A stretch of 64,000 nucleotides of DNA from Trichoplax adhaerens (Eukaryota; Animalia; Placozoa), in assembly GCF_000150275.1 (NCBI RefSeq), contig NW_002060944.1, positions 8,321,360-8,385,359 on the forward strand, read 5' to 3'. This document shows, piece after piece, positions 41,027 through 54,850 of the stretch. Both the position numbers and the translations under genes were made by a program. How positions within the stretch are numbered: position 1 is the stretch's first letter; each line of letters starts with the position of its first letter. The notes under the pieces were generated by a model. That model was not told the origin of the DNA, made no database searches, and saw only the letters and a program-made list of their open reading frames with translations.

Positions 41027-41733
41027 TACCTTCTATTAATTAACTGCGATTAAGCGACGATATTACAGTCGGCTGTAGTATGCCAATACCGTCCTTTCAA
41101 TATGAATGATGTACAGATTTTAGAGTTCTACTGCACGAGAGAAGGAGACCAGGTTGTAATTTGTGTGGTGTCCTGCAGTTTCAGACAATTACAGCATAGA
41201 CAGTGTGCTGTACAGTTACTGTTTATACCATACTGCCCATGGCGTCCCATCAAAAATACAGAGTTTGGAAGCTATTCCTACAATATTTGAATGAAATAAA
41301 GCCTTGATCATTCAATAATATCACTGCAATATACTGTAGCACACTATAGCGCATTTTACCTACTGTACGAAACAGTAGAGTAAACAATTTACAGTAGTGC
41401 ACTAGCCTTTTTATTGTGATTTAATTTCTTTCTTGTCGATCGTAGGTGAATCAGCCGGGCTGATGGAATTGCTAGAGTAACAATATCAAAGATCATATTA
41501 TACTCGTAATTACATCAATTGGGCGTAGTTCGTGATTGTAAATTGCCACCTAGCGATAGATCGGAGTGAGACTATCCAACTTGCAGTAGTTGAAGACATC
41601 TACTTGGGGGAGGCTTCAATCATTTTTACATACAACAGTCGACGATTTACTTAGGAACTTCCCGGCCGTAAAGACTATATATGGCATTGCTTTATTTCTA
41701 GAGTAGCAATTCTTCATTCAGTTTATAATAATA

Positions 41734-43528
41734 ATGGGTGCCGATGAAAATTGGAATGGAAATAACCCTCAGGAGAAAATGTTCAGTCCAGAAAATGATC
41801 ATCACCCGATCAAAGCTAACGCTAAACCTTATCAAATTGTCATGCTGTGTAGTTTTTCAGTGGCTATTGGAATAGGCTATAGTGCCCAATCTGCTTATGT
41901 AACACCTATTTTAGCTGAATTAGGCATGCCTGTACGTTACTTGACTTATGTTTGGAGTTTCAGCCCTATCGTTGGTCTGATTACCCAACCTTTTATTGGA
42001 TCCATGTCAGACGGATGCACCTCAAGATGGGGTAGAAGGCGACCATTTATTTTAGCTTTTGCTATCGGCACTTTGATTGGTCTACTACTACTAGGCTTCG
42101 GTAAAGATATCGGATTAGCTATATTGCCCGGTAAGACAAGCGTAGCAATCGCTTTAGTTCTTATAGGCAATGGAATTCTTGATTATAGTTCAGATGCAAG
42201 TCAAAGCCCAGCTCGAGCCTATCTATGCGATGTAACACCAGAAGGGCAAGAACAACGAGCTCATAGAATCTGTACTATTTTAATGGGTTTAGCCAATGTT
42301 GTTGGTTTTTGTATCTGTGCTATCGATTGGGATGAGTTATTTACGCGCGATGATGGAACTGTTCCGATAACATCCGTTCAATTTGTTTTCCTTCTTAGTG
42401 GCATCTTGTCTACCATAGCCTTTATAGTTTGCATATTTAGTGTTCGCGAAATTCCTTTATCAAAAGTCGACAAGCAAAAGCAGATAAAAAGGGAACAAGA
42501 CATTGCAGATAATCGACCTACTGCACAGGATAATGACGTCAAAGTCATTACTGAAAACGAAGAGAATGACTGTAATGAGCAACCCGTTTCTTGCTTACGT
42601 TCTGTTTATAATGGATTTGTCCAATTGCCTAAGGAATTACTGGTTTTAGTCATTATGAATACACTATCATGGACTGGTTTCATGACTTTTATTCTTATCT
42701 ACACCGATTATATTGGTATCGTGATCTATAATGGAGATCCAACCGCTGCAGTTAATACTACTGAGTACGCATTATATACTGCTGGTGTGAAGACAGGTAG
42801 TTGGGCTCTTGTTGGTTATGCTGCTATGACTGGAGTTTATGCATTATCTCTTGAAATTATCGAAAGATACGTTAGTAAGTATTCCAAGTCAGAATAAAAA
42901 TTTTAAATATTATGATCAGTAGAATAAACATCTTATACTCATAAATATGAAATCTTTTTTTATAGGTGTGCGTATTCTGTTACTGTTGGGATACGGAGGT
43001 GTCGGTGGTCTAATAATTTTAATGTCTCAAATAAATTCTCTTCCATTAGCTGTAACTATCAGTTGTAGTCTAGGTATCAGTTTTGCTACAATGTTTTCCA
43101 TACCGTATGCCTTAGTAGGCGAATATCATGTTTATTTCAAGGTCGGTTAGCGTACTAGTGACTGATATATACAATTTGTTAATATACTGTATTTCAATGC
43201 AGCGGTATCATAAAAATACCTTAACTGATTACATGATATTGTATTACAGAATGATCCACGATGGAAAAGTAGAGGCTTTGGTTTTGATTCAGCTATGCTA
43301 AATTCTTGCATTTACGTCGCTCAATTAATCGTTGCATTCGGCGTAGGTGCTATTATTGAGGCTGCTGGAAGTAGAAATGCCGCCATTTTATTTAGTGGAA
43401 TTTGCTATGTAGCTAGCGGATTAACGTCAATAGCAGTAAGTGTGTTACCAAAATCCGATTGCGACGAGGCAGAAAGTGAACCAAAATCACCAAAGCTAAA
43501 AGTTATGCAACAAGTAACATCTATTTAG
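41734..43528 (+). CDS. SLC45 family transporter, copy B; exons 41734-42874, 42966-43141, 43250-43528
   Basis: Motifs GSMSDGCTSRWGRRRPF and YTDYIG..IYNGDP; intact spliced ORF ending QQVTSI. Confidence 0.93.
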
Positions 43529-44068
43529 CTACTGGAATAAACGTAATAGACTAAAGAAAGAATCCTAGCGCGAGCTTTATGGCATCCTAACGTTGAATAA
43601 CATTAATATAACTTGCATCATTAATGCTAACCGCTTTTCTGACTGTAACTTAAAGCATGATATAATACCATCTAAATAAGAATGAAATTATCAGTAAAAG
43701 ATTATATCACTAGCTAGCTTCATATACAATAAATTACTATTAAGCCATAACAGTCTAACCACTATTTATTTTAATTTTTGAAAAATTGAAGATTATCGGA
43801 TCATTATATTTATACGCGATTTACTGGTATGCACTGATTTTAACCATTCTAAATTTTAATCGATGAATAGTCACTGCTTATCGTTTATTCCCAACAAAAT
43901 CAAAATGCTTTTAATATTTCTTATTGATACTTTCTACTCAATCGACTTGTGTTATAATTAATAATTGCAAACGGCTAAGTATTCGGATATTTATTGATGT
44001 TCGGATGTCCAGATTAATCGTTCTAAAGACAATGTATACGTACCCATACTTTACAGCATGTAATTCTT

Positions 44069-45039
44069 AAAATGTCGCAAGAATTAACTTTTTTAGGTTT
44101 TTATTAGACTCCATGGCTTGAATAAGTTATGTTTGTTTTAGTATATTTTATACCGATTTCGTTGGAATTGAAATATTTGAGGCATCTCATAGCGCCACTT
44201 AATTCTACAGCCTAGACTATTTACTCTATGAGAGAAGTGTTAAAACTGAAAGTTGGGATTACCGTACCCCTCAAATCTGTGCTTGGATAAGCATTTACTT
44301 TGTATCTGGAGACGATGAGTAGAATGACTGGCGCTGTATGATCAGCATAATTTCAGTCATTTTCAAGTTTTACTAATGATACAAGTTATTGCAATAGATT
44401 GAAAGGTAAAATCAACTGTGAATATATCTGTATACATAATTTTTAGGAGTCGTTTAATAATCATAGTGATTGGCGAAGTTCTATTGATAAGATAATTACA
44501 GTATTTCTTCTTATTATTATGGATTTTGCTAATTTTCTACTATTGGTCATCGCTGCTGGTACATTGATTAGTATAGCTTTTGCTATCATCAGTTCTACAC
44601 TCTGCGGTCTAGTTAGACAATGTCATTTAGTCTTTAGGGTGAATTGTAATTCTATATAATCATATAACAACTCGCATACTTTATACTGCGTCAATAATTC
44701 TATTTATGACGATAAATTTGTAACTTATAATAAAGGATCTTAATTGATTCATGATTTTATAAGGATATAACACTATTTTGTGAGGGTATAAATTAATATT
44801 CACGGTAAGACCTTAGCTATTCTTGAACAACTTAAATCGTAGAACGATCTTCCATGGAGTATAATCGAAGCAAGTGATACTAGAGATACTACAAATATCG
44901 CAATTCCTACTAGTGATAAGTGATTTTCAGGCTATTTTTTGTCGCCAAACTACAAATACAGCCATCACAGATTGAAGTCAACGATTTTACAGTCGATGAA
45001 AATAGGAATAATGATTGCACCACTGCTAATGAAGTTTAG
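44069..45039 (+). pseudogene. 5'-truncated, decayed duplicate of the 3' half of SLC45 copy A (with introns)
   Basis: Colinear with 39048-40084, including both introns. TGG>TGA at 44119-44121, indels, and a deletion in the last exon. Confidence 0.9.
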
Positions 45040-46190
45040 ATGAAACCAATGGCCTATTCTAAATTATTAATTTGCAGTGACTTTTGAATTTTGTCTTAGT
45101 GAAATATGAATATTATGAATCTCAGTTATTCAGATCTTACCACCATATTGAAGTTTGTACCAGTATAACCATGTTATTGCATTGTTAGCGTGTTCAATGT
45201 ATGCATAATCACTGGTCATTGCTTATATTATTCTCAATTAAATTAAAACATTTCCAATACATTTCTTATAAATACTTTTTGTTCTAAATAAGCTATGGTA
45301 TAATATGCTTGATAATGAATGATATCGTTTTGTGTCTCATGAATATATTGGATAAATTTGCCTATTAATTTGTCAAATAGATTATTTAAATTTAAGAAAT
45401 TATCAGTCATATTATAATACTGTACGTGGATTTACTATTCAATGTCACTTGAGGAATTCTTTCAGCTGAATTATTATGTCACAGTTTAGCTGGTACTCAA
45501 TTCATTATTAAATAACGTTAACTGAATCAAAATTATCCTATCTAATATATGCTATTATTGAATACATTTTGACCATCCTTTGAGGCTAATTGTCAGTTCT
45601 AAGTTATGCTGTAAAATAATAGATATGCATCAGCTCAACCAATAAGTTCATCTTGTTATTTCTAGTAACAACGTTTTATTTTAAACGTTTTTAATCCTAG
45701 CCTATGAGATTAGGTGGCGTGCCATCAACGTTTCATTGGTAGCCGGATCAACTAGCTATTATCTCCAGCAAAGATTGTTAAGATTGCTGGTTTGCTGTGC
45801 TACGCCTGCACCATTTTCCCAATATGAATAAGTTGGGGTGGCCTCATGATTACTAAATGGATTCTACGCTCACAGTTGTCATACATGATGGTTATCGGCT
45901 ATCTTTGTACAACACGACAGAAGATGAGGTTATAATTTGTGTAGTTGCAGTCTGGCAGGCGAAAGAGCATAATGCACACCACATCCCTTCCAAAATGCAT
46001 AGAGTATGGAAGTAACTAGCTTGAAATGCTCAAATCAAATAGCTTTGGCCAATCCAGTTCCAACTACAGTATACACTGTGCTGTACAATATACATTAATC
46101 AATCCTAGCTTTGATGAATCAGTCGCAGTATTGGCTAAAAGGGCTAGTCAAATCCTAGCTTTGACCAATCAATCCTAGTATTGACAAAAC

Positions 46191-46279
46191 ATATATATAT
46201 ATATATATATTGTATGTATATATATATATTGTATGTATATATACTGTATATATATATTATATATATATATGTATACTGG

Positions 46280-46310
<31 letters not shown>
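46191..46310. repeat. Interrupted (TA)n microsatellite
   Basis: Seen directly; it accounts for the YI-rich spurious ORFs here. Confidence 0.95.
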
Positions 46311-46731
46311 CACTGCATTGTATACAGTACTCTATGTACATTATGACGTATATCGCTACTGTAGCAAACACTGGAGTAGTTCAGTGACCTTTTGTCATGA
46401 TTCGATTCTACTGAACAAATAAATATACAGTAAAATTGTTATTCAATAATAACTATCAGTCGATTATTGGTGTATTAGCCAGGTGATTGGTTAGAGCATC
46501 GGGAAGCCAAATTGCAATACTTCTTGCTTACATATTGTATTACCATTGGAAAAACACATATTGCCTCAATTGGATTATCCATCTCAGTCGAGTGCATCCA
46601 CTTTTTGCGTTATCGATTATTTCTTCCATCTTACTGTTGATGATCTGTTCAGGGAGTTGAGGGCAGTAAAGATTGTGTGTGGTTTTGCTTTGCTTTTGAA
46701 GTAGGAATTCTTCATTGAACCGGCAGTAATT

Positions 46732-48528
46732 ATGGATCACAATGAAATGGGTGAAGGAAATAGCCATCAGGAGAAAATCTCCGATCCAGAAGATGGTCAC
46801 GACCCGATCAAAGTCAACGCTAAACCTTATCAAATTGTCATGCTATGTTGTTTTTCAGCTGCTCTTGGAGTAGGCTATAGTGCCCAATCGGCTTATGTAA
46901 CACCCATTTTAGCCCAGTTGGGCATGCCTTTACGTTACTTGACTTTTGTTTGGTGTTCTAGTCCTATCGTTGGCCTAATTACCCAACCTTTTATTGGATC
47001 CATGTCAGATGGATGCACATCAAAATGGGGTAGAAGGCGACCATTTATTTTAGCTTTTGCTATTGGCATTTTACTCGGTCTATTACTAATCGGCTTCGGT
47101 CGAGATATCGGATTGGCTATATTGCCCGGTAAGACTAGTGTAGCTATCGCTTTAATCATTGTAGGCAATGGAATTCTTGATTATGGCTTAGACACAAGTC
47201 AAGGCCCAGCTCGAGCTTATCTGTACGATGTAACACCGGAAGGGCAAGAGCAACGAGCTCATAGAATTTGCACTATTTTAATGGGGTTAGCTAATGCTGT
47301 TGGTTATTGTATCTGTGCTATCGATTGGGATGAGTTATTTAGGCGTCAGGATGGTACCACTCCGATAACATCCGTTCAATTTGTTTTTCTTATTAGTGGC
47401 ATATTATCTACTATAGCTTTTATAGTTTGCTTATTTAGTGTTCACGAAATTCCTTTATCAAAAGCCAACAAGCAAAAGCAGCTAAAAAGTCAACAAGACG
47501 TTACAGATGATAAACCTTCTTTACAGAACGATCACGATCAAGACGTTAAAGTCATTACTGAAAACGGAGAGAAAGACAATAAAGAAAAATCTGTTTCTTG
47601 CTTACGTTCTGTTTATAATGGATTTTTTCGATTGCCGAAGGAATTACTAGTTTTAGTCCTTATAAACACACTATCATGGACTGGTTATATTACTTTTTTT
47701 GTTATCTACACCGATTTTATCGGTATCGAAATCTATAAAGGAGATCCTACAGCTGCAACTAATACTACTGAATATGCATTATATACAGTTGGTGTGAAGA
47801 CAGGTAGTTGGGCTCTTGTTGGCTTTGCTATTGTTACTGGAGTCTATGCATTAGCTCTTGATGTTATTGAAAGATACGTTAGTAAGTATTCCAACTTAGA
47901 ATAAGGATTTTAGATATTATGATCGGTAGAACAAACATTTTATACTCATAGACATAAATTCCTTTTTACACAGGTGCTCGTATTTTGTTACTATTTGGAT
48001 ATGGAGGTGTCGGTGGTCTAGTGATTTTAATGTCACAAATTACTTCTCTTCCATTAGCTGTTGCTATTGGTTGTAGTGTTGGCATCAATTTTGCTACAAT
48101 GTTTTCCATACCGTATGCCTTAGTAGGCGAATATCATGTTTATTTCAAGGTTGGTTTCACACTAATGACTATATTATCAAATTTCTTGACCGTATTTAAT
48201 AAAATACTTATAATAACATGCTTTAATGATGATTTATATTGCCACATAGAATGACCCACGATGGAAAGATAGAGGTTTTGGCGTCGATTCAGCTATATTA
48301 AATTCTTGCTTCTATGTAGCTCAATTAGTCGTTGCATTCAGCGTAGGTGGTATCATTGAGGCTGCTGGAAGTAGAAACGCAGCCGTTTTATTTGGTGGAG
48401 TTTGCTATGTAGCTAGCGGATTAATGTCAATTGGAATAACTTCGGTGCCAAAAACCGAATGCGAAGAGACGGAAAGCGAACCAAAATCACCCAAATTGCA
48501 AATGTTACAAAAAGAAACTTCTATTTAG
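46732..48528 (+). CDS. SLC45 family transporter, copy C (close paralog of B); exons 46732-47881, 47974-48149, 48250-48528
   Basis: Highly similar to B in exons and introns; intact ORF ending QKETSI. Confidence 0.93.
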
Positions 48529-51463
48529 CTACTAAAATAAATGTAATAATCTATAGAGAGAATCTTAACGCAGAGTTTTATCGCATCCTTTCATTGAATA
48601 GCACTAATATAACCAGCATCATTAACGCTAGCTGCTTGTTCTAAATGTAACTGGAACCCAGTATATAAGATTCCTGGCAGGAATAAAATTGGTAGTAAAA
48701 GAATATATTATCACCTGTATGGTAGTTTCAACTATGTAGAACAAATAGTACTGCTATTAAGCCATAGCAGTTTGGTCACCACCTGCTTTAATTTTTGAAA
48801 AAAATTAAAGATTATTGGATCATCATATCGAAATGATTTATGCTACTGATTTTGGTGTCGTCTGTGCGAAGCGATTAAAATAATCGTTTAAGCTTTCGTC
48901 ATTAATAATTACTGTAGCTGTTAAAATTATCAAGAGAAAAAGTTTAATGATCCTATTCTTTATTTTATGTCACATTGGTCGAAAATATCATCATTAAAAC
49001 TATTTTTGATCCGTATATTAAAGCTAATATAGCGCTCTTATTATTTGTAGCTCTTTCAACGGATGGATGTTCACTATTCATTGCTTATTCTTAATTAAAT
49101 GAAAACATTTTAATCTCTCTTGTCAGTACTTTCTACTCTAAACCACCTGTTATATAGTATTAGGAATTAGTAAACTACTCCGAGATTTATTGATATCCAG
49201 ATTAAGCATTCTAAAGACAATATTTTAGCAGACGAAATTTGATCTATATTTGTTTTACCTATAGCACTGTAGACTGTGGAAATAGCCATATTCACAGCAG
49301 GATATGGCTCTAAGCTTGTCTGACTACTATTGTCTTAAGTTTGCAATCAGATTGGGATTGTACTCATGATAATTTTAATTGACAATGCACTTCAACATCA
49401 ACGCACTTATAGATTAGTACACGCAAAAATTGTTACTATTTGTAAGTTTGACTGGAATGATGGTTTCCATTTGCCCATCAGTCATCGAGTGATTCGTAAT
49501 CAATATGATAACTGCCTTTAAATATCATAGTTGGTATAACTTGGACTACTTCAGCGGTCTAATTGTAAATCTAAAAATTGTATACTGTGAGATTAAGGTT
49601 TGCCAATACCGTAGTGTGTTACCTATACTTGTAATATATTATCCAAACCTTGTGTGCATCACTATCAGGTTCTATTACAAATAAGACCACGCTATTATGA
49701 CTACTGTGGTATAAACTCAAACAATCAGGCTAAAAGCTGTATTGTGATTAGTGACTTTTCATGTAGATCGAAATAACATTACTAATTACTCATAAATGTA
49801 TATACAAACAGTTATTGAAGGAGATTATTTAGTATTATGTAAATCGTGTACCCCAACTTTTTTATACTCGTACAATGTAGATTAACACTAGTGTCTTCCT
49901 CATATATATTTTATGGATATGACGATGTAGTTGTTGCACTGAACTCTTTTCATTAATAATTAATTAATGAATGCAGTATGCAAGCATGCCAACAACTACG
50001 GTATATCAATTGTAATTTTTGTATATTTTAACTAACTAAATACTTTGAATTAATGTTATATTATAGTAGAACAGAAGTTCTTTATTTTTATCCAAAATTT
50101 TAGTGTTCTATTGAGTACGTATCTTACGGATATATACCAGCTAGGTTAAATGTCCGACCTGATCGATAGAATATTGGTAGTGCAATTGTATCAGTTGCAT
50201 GATAAGTAAAGTTTACGGTAGCATTAGCTGAACTGTTTTCTCGTAGTAATAGATTAGATTTCCTACGAAGCTATGCACATTGATAAAATATAAGCAAAGC
50301 AGTAAAATTGAATCTGTTTGTAGCTGGATTGCTAAATTAAATTTATTAAAAAACACTTTGATTCAAAATCGTGAATAGGTCGACCTGTAATGCTAAATAA
50401 TCCATTGGGGGATTGGTGAAGTCTTGCTAGGTGTCATTAAGGATTGGAAAAGCTGGATTGGAAAATAATTGCATATATATAATGAGCAAGATACTTTGTA
50501 AAGTAGTATGCTGTAATACGAATCGTTAAATAGGAATGGCACCATTCACTATTTTATATAGATTCATCAATTTAAAGGATTCCCATCAAGTAAATCATAT
50601 GGTGTAAAAATGTACATTTGCCATTCAATATGCACTAATTGTCTACTAATTCGAGCTAGTCGATCAAGGACGCGACAAATTTTTACTCAATCATCTTGAA
50701 GAGCATGATATCTAATTTGTGGTATAGGTTTTATACTACGGGTAGTATAAATTAATAAAATTAAACTAAAATAGGACATTTTTGTAATGATAGCAGTTGG
50801 CAGTTACCACAGCAGAGAGACGCAACTGTAGCTCAGCATGATTTCTGACGAAAAATGTAAGCATTAAAACTTAATTATCTTGGAATTTTAAAGTTAAGGT
50901 ATTAATCATTACATTGCTATGACATCAGAAGCATACGGCTAGATAATTACAAATATGAAATCTATGATAATAATTGATTGAAATATTTACCTTATAAATG
51001 ATTATAGATTATAGTCACTAAAGCAATTCTCTAGAATCTACATTAAACTACAGTATTTAAGTTTTAATTTGCTATTGCTTGATGCAGTACATCATTACCT
51101 TTTTTGTCCTATACGGTATGCGAGATAATCTTGATGAAAGTTGAAATAGATTCTTTACTGGAAATTGACTAAAATTTCTAACGTATATAAGTCTAACCAA
51201 CTTTGAATAGAATAGTAGATGAACAAAAAGTATTATTAATGTCTATTTATATTTTTCATATTTTCAATATATGATTTATTAAATATATTTATTGTCTAGA
51301 ACGTTGTCGGAACTGCTATAAACTGTACACCTGCTGATTTACTACGGCACTAGTTAGACTAAGCAGTTGTTGATATAGAATTTAATTTCTTAGTAAGGTA
51401 AAGTTAGACATTAAGGATTAGATAATCTTATTACAATTCTATATACTTGAGGGTAATTTAAGA

Positions 51464-54400
51464 ATGAAAGAAGTCATAGACTTAACTGGCCAAGAATATG
51501 AAGATATTGGCACGAATATACTAAATAATAATACCGATAGCATTAATCAAAATGTTGCTAAAAATACTAGTTCTGGCGACGGCCAAGCTAATTTATTCAA
51601 GCTTGTTTTCCTACCATCATCAGTATCCGTTGCTGAAATGTACTTTGCCTTTCTCGATAATTATTGTATACCTATAGAATTAATGTCTCATATTCCAGTT
51701 CAATTTTCCGCCATTTTCTTGTGTCTCTATTATTGGATTTTTTGCTTCACCATTAGTTTGCAATTCATCAGATCTATGCACAAGTCGATTTGGACGACGA
51801 AGACCTTTTATTAATGGTATCCTTTTCGTTTCAATTTTTGGAGGCTCTCTGTCGACTTATGGTCGAACGATAGGCCTATTAATTCGGCCACATCATTTAT
51901 TGCTTGCACAAGTTATGGTCACTACTGGTTTAATTATTACTTACATCTACTCATTGCTTATGATGATTCCAGCCAGAGCTTATGTTATGGATGTTACTCC
52001 TGCCGATATGCATTCAACTGTTAATAGCATTATTACATTCGTAGCGGATATAGGAGGATTGGTAGGCTTTGTAGTTTATGGGTATGCTGCTTTTACTCGT
52101 ATATTTTATTCGATTTTTTAGTAGTAGGCTTCTATAGGAATCACATTTATTCCAATGCTCATACTAGCGACAATAAATATTTGCTTATTATTATAATAAA
52201 GGCTAGCGAGAATTCGTACGCGTAATAAATACTATACTCCATTTTTTTATTTTAAAACTAATATAGGATTAATTGGAAGTCGACAATATTTGCTAAAATA
52301 TTTGGAGATCAAATTTAAATTTCTTTGGTTGTGATAACTTTTGTTGCAGTTCTTATAATTTTTATCGTATGTATTAGTTGTAAAGAGGTTCCACTTGAAA
52401 GAAGTGAACTAAAGGTTAATAATATTGCTGACTTCATTTCTGTCAAGAGGGATGAGGAGGAAGAAATACTTTTAATACCCGTTGGCGATACCGATGATAG
52501 AACATTAACTATCAATCAATTTTCATGTGATGAAGTACCGAATCGGATATCAACAAAGCCTAAATTAACTCTTGAAGAAATTCGATCTTGGAATATTTTT
52601 TATCAAATTTATTACGTTACTTAAACCATGCCTAAAGAATCAGTAGTATTATCGATAACGAGCCTATTAGGCTGGTTAAAATTTTCTATATTCGCTGTAT
52701 TTTATACAAATTTTATTGGTCAATCTATCTTTAAAGGTGATCCCAATGCAGCTGAAAATTCAACAGCTTTACAACATTATAATGCCGGAGTAAGATATGG
52801 CAGTTGGGATTTAGCGCTGTGCACTCTTGCCACTACACTTTACTCCATCATAGTGAGGCAATTGAGCTTTTATTGTAGTAAGTTAACCTTTTAAGCTATT
52901 GCTATATTTAGAATTTCGATCTTTTCCTGCATATTACTGACCAATCTGACATTTAAATTGTAAGTATATCTTTCGTACCAAAGCCATTTATTCCAAAAAA
53001 TTAAAATTTTTAAATTAATCTTACTTGATTACAGTACTGTAGACTAATACTCCTTAGTTGTGGAATATCCGAGAAAGTAAAAATTACAATTTGAAAATAA
53101 TTTAATTTATTATAGATATTAAAAATTGTTTAATATTCCTGTAGCAACCTAATTCTGGCCATAAGCTGTGCCATATTGTAGTAATACATGTTGATAGGAT
53201 TAAGCATGCCAGCGATGGACATTCTAGAAATTAAGTTTCAGTCAAGCAATAAATCAACCTACCTTGTAAATTTCTGACTAGAAAGTAAAGTATCACAGTA
53301 GCGACCAATTAAAGAATTTGTATATCTGATCCAGCAATTACAGACCTTGATCCAGCAATTACAGACCTTGATCCATTGCTCACAGCTGTATGATGCCTTA
53401 ATCGTAACTTTAATTAATCATAAGCAATCTTATAAACTTTTTACTCGCAATTCCAATAGCGTAATTTTAATTTATTTAATAGATGCTAAATATGTCAATG
53501 CTGTAGGATTTTTACTTATCAGTATCGCAACCGTAGTCATGGCTTTCTTGGATAACGTTGTACCTGTCATATGTCTTGCTAGTATGCAAGGTGTTGGCTT
53601 TGCTTCCATATTTACTTTGCCATTTGCAATATTGGATTCGTATCGTGAATATTTCGTTGTAAATTTAAGCAATATCATCTGCTACTTTAAGTTGGTAAAG
53701 CAGTCTAAGTTAGCGGTTTTGGATATTATTATACAATCAATTCATTCATCATCATTATATTTAACAATTATCGTACTTGGTATATTATAGATTAAATGAC
53801 TAGACTAATTATATTGAAATCTTATTTACTAAGGTAGCTGCCTTGGAGATATATCATACAAAACTACTTCGTTAATCATGACCATATATTAATTAATGAA
53901 GGCATTACTTCACACAGTATAGATTAAACGTCCAGGTTTCATTATACTAATATTTAGTTCACTAAACTAGCTGTTTTTGATATATTACACAAAACTACTT
54001 CGTTGATCATGATCATATCTTAATGATTACATTACTGGATATAGTGTCGATGCAATAATTGAGACTGATTATGTTGATATCTTAGTCCCTATGCTAGCTA
54101 TTTTAGATATATTACATAAAAATACTTTGTTGATCATGAACGTGTGTAAATGATTGCATTCCTATACATATTATCAATGCATTAATTTAGACTTATTATG
54201 TTGATATCTTAGTCCCTGAGCTAGTCGTTTAGGATATATTATACAAAGCTACTTTATTGATTATGACCGCATGCTAATGATTGTATTATTTGATATATTA
54301 TACATGCAATAATCTAAACTGATCATAGTGATATCATATTAACTAAGCTTGCTATTTGGATATATATAAGTACTTATATTATAAAATACAACTTTCTTGA

Positions 54401-54850
54401 TCATGATCGTACGGTCATGATTGTATTACTTAACGTATTATAGATGCAATAATTTAGACCAGTTATTTTGATATTCTTATCCACTAAGCTAGCTGTTTTG
54501 GATCTACAGTATATTGCTACAAAACTGCTTCATTGATCATGAGAGTTTATTAATAGTTGCGCTATTGATCATATCATGAACAGAATGATTTTAGGTTGAT
54601 CCTATTTTTCATTAATATCTTATTCACGTAGGAGCGAAGGGATAAAAGATGGTTCTTGAGAGATTATGGAATAGATATCTCTATTCTTATAAATTCATCT
54701 CTGTTATGCTTTATTATCATTAGCTTTGCCGGTAGAGTATTAATTGCAGTTACTCATTCTCCCAGATCGGCTATCGTTCTGTCTGCTGGGTGGCTATAGT
54801 GCTTTATGTGCTATTAGTTCTTTATTCATTTACGATATACCCGGCTGAAT
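51464..54850 (+). pseudogene. SLC45 pseudogene, copy D (4-exon type, closest to F)
   Basis: Frameshift at ~51700-51725 (SDLCTSRFGRRRPF lies in another frame). In-frame TAA at 52316-52318 (GAA in F) and 52622-52624 (AAA in F). Apparent frameshift in the last exon near 54790. Confidence 0.88.
53712..54631. repeat. Seven diverged ~127-bp tandem units filling the last intron of pseudogene D
   Basis: Units start at ~53712, 53836, 53969, 54096, 54223, 54350 and 54491, with consensus AGCTGTTTTGGATATATTA.ACAAAACTACTT..TTGATCATGA...ATGCAATAATTTAGAC...GATATCTTA.TC.CTAAGCT. Confidence 0.9.

Noticed and set aside
46144-46422. Three short YI-rich ORFs
   Set aside because: They are translations of the (TA)n microsatellite.
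52316-52624. Stop-codon readthrough or recoding in copy D
   Set aside because: Two TAA stops plus frameshifts in other exons are better explained by pseudogenisation.
53712-54631. Intronic snoRNA cluster
   Set aside because: CTGA box D is present in only two units and box C is not canonical; the pattern fits neutral tandem decay.
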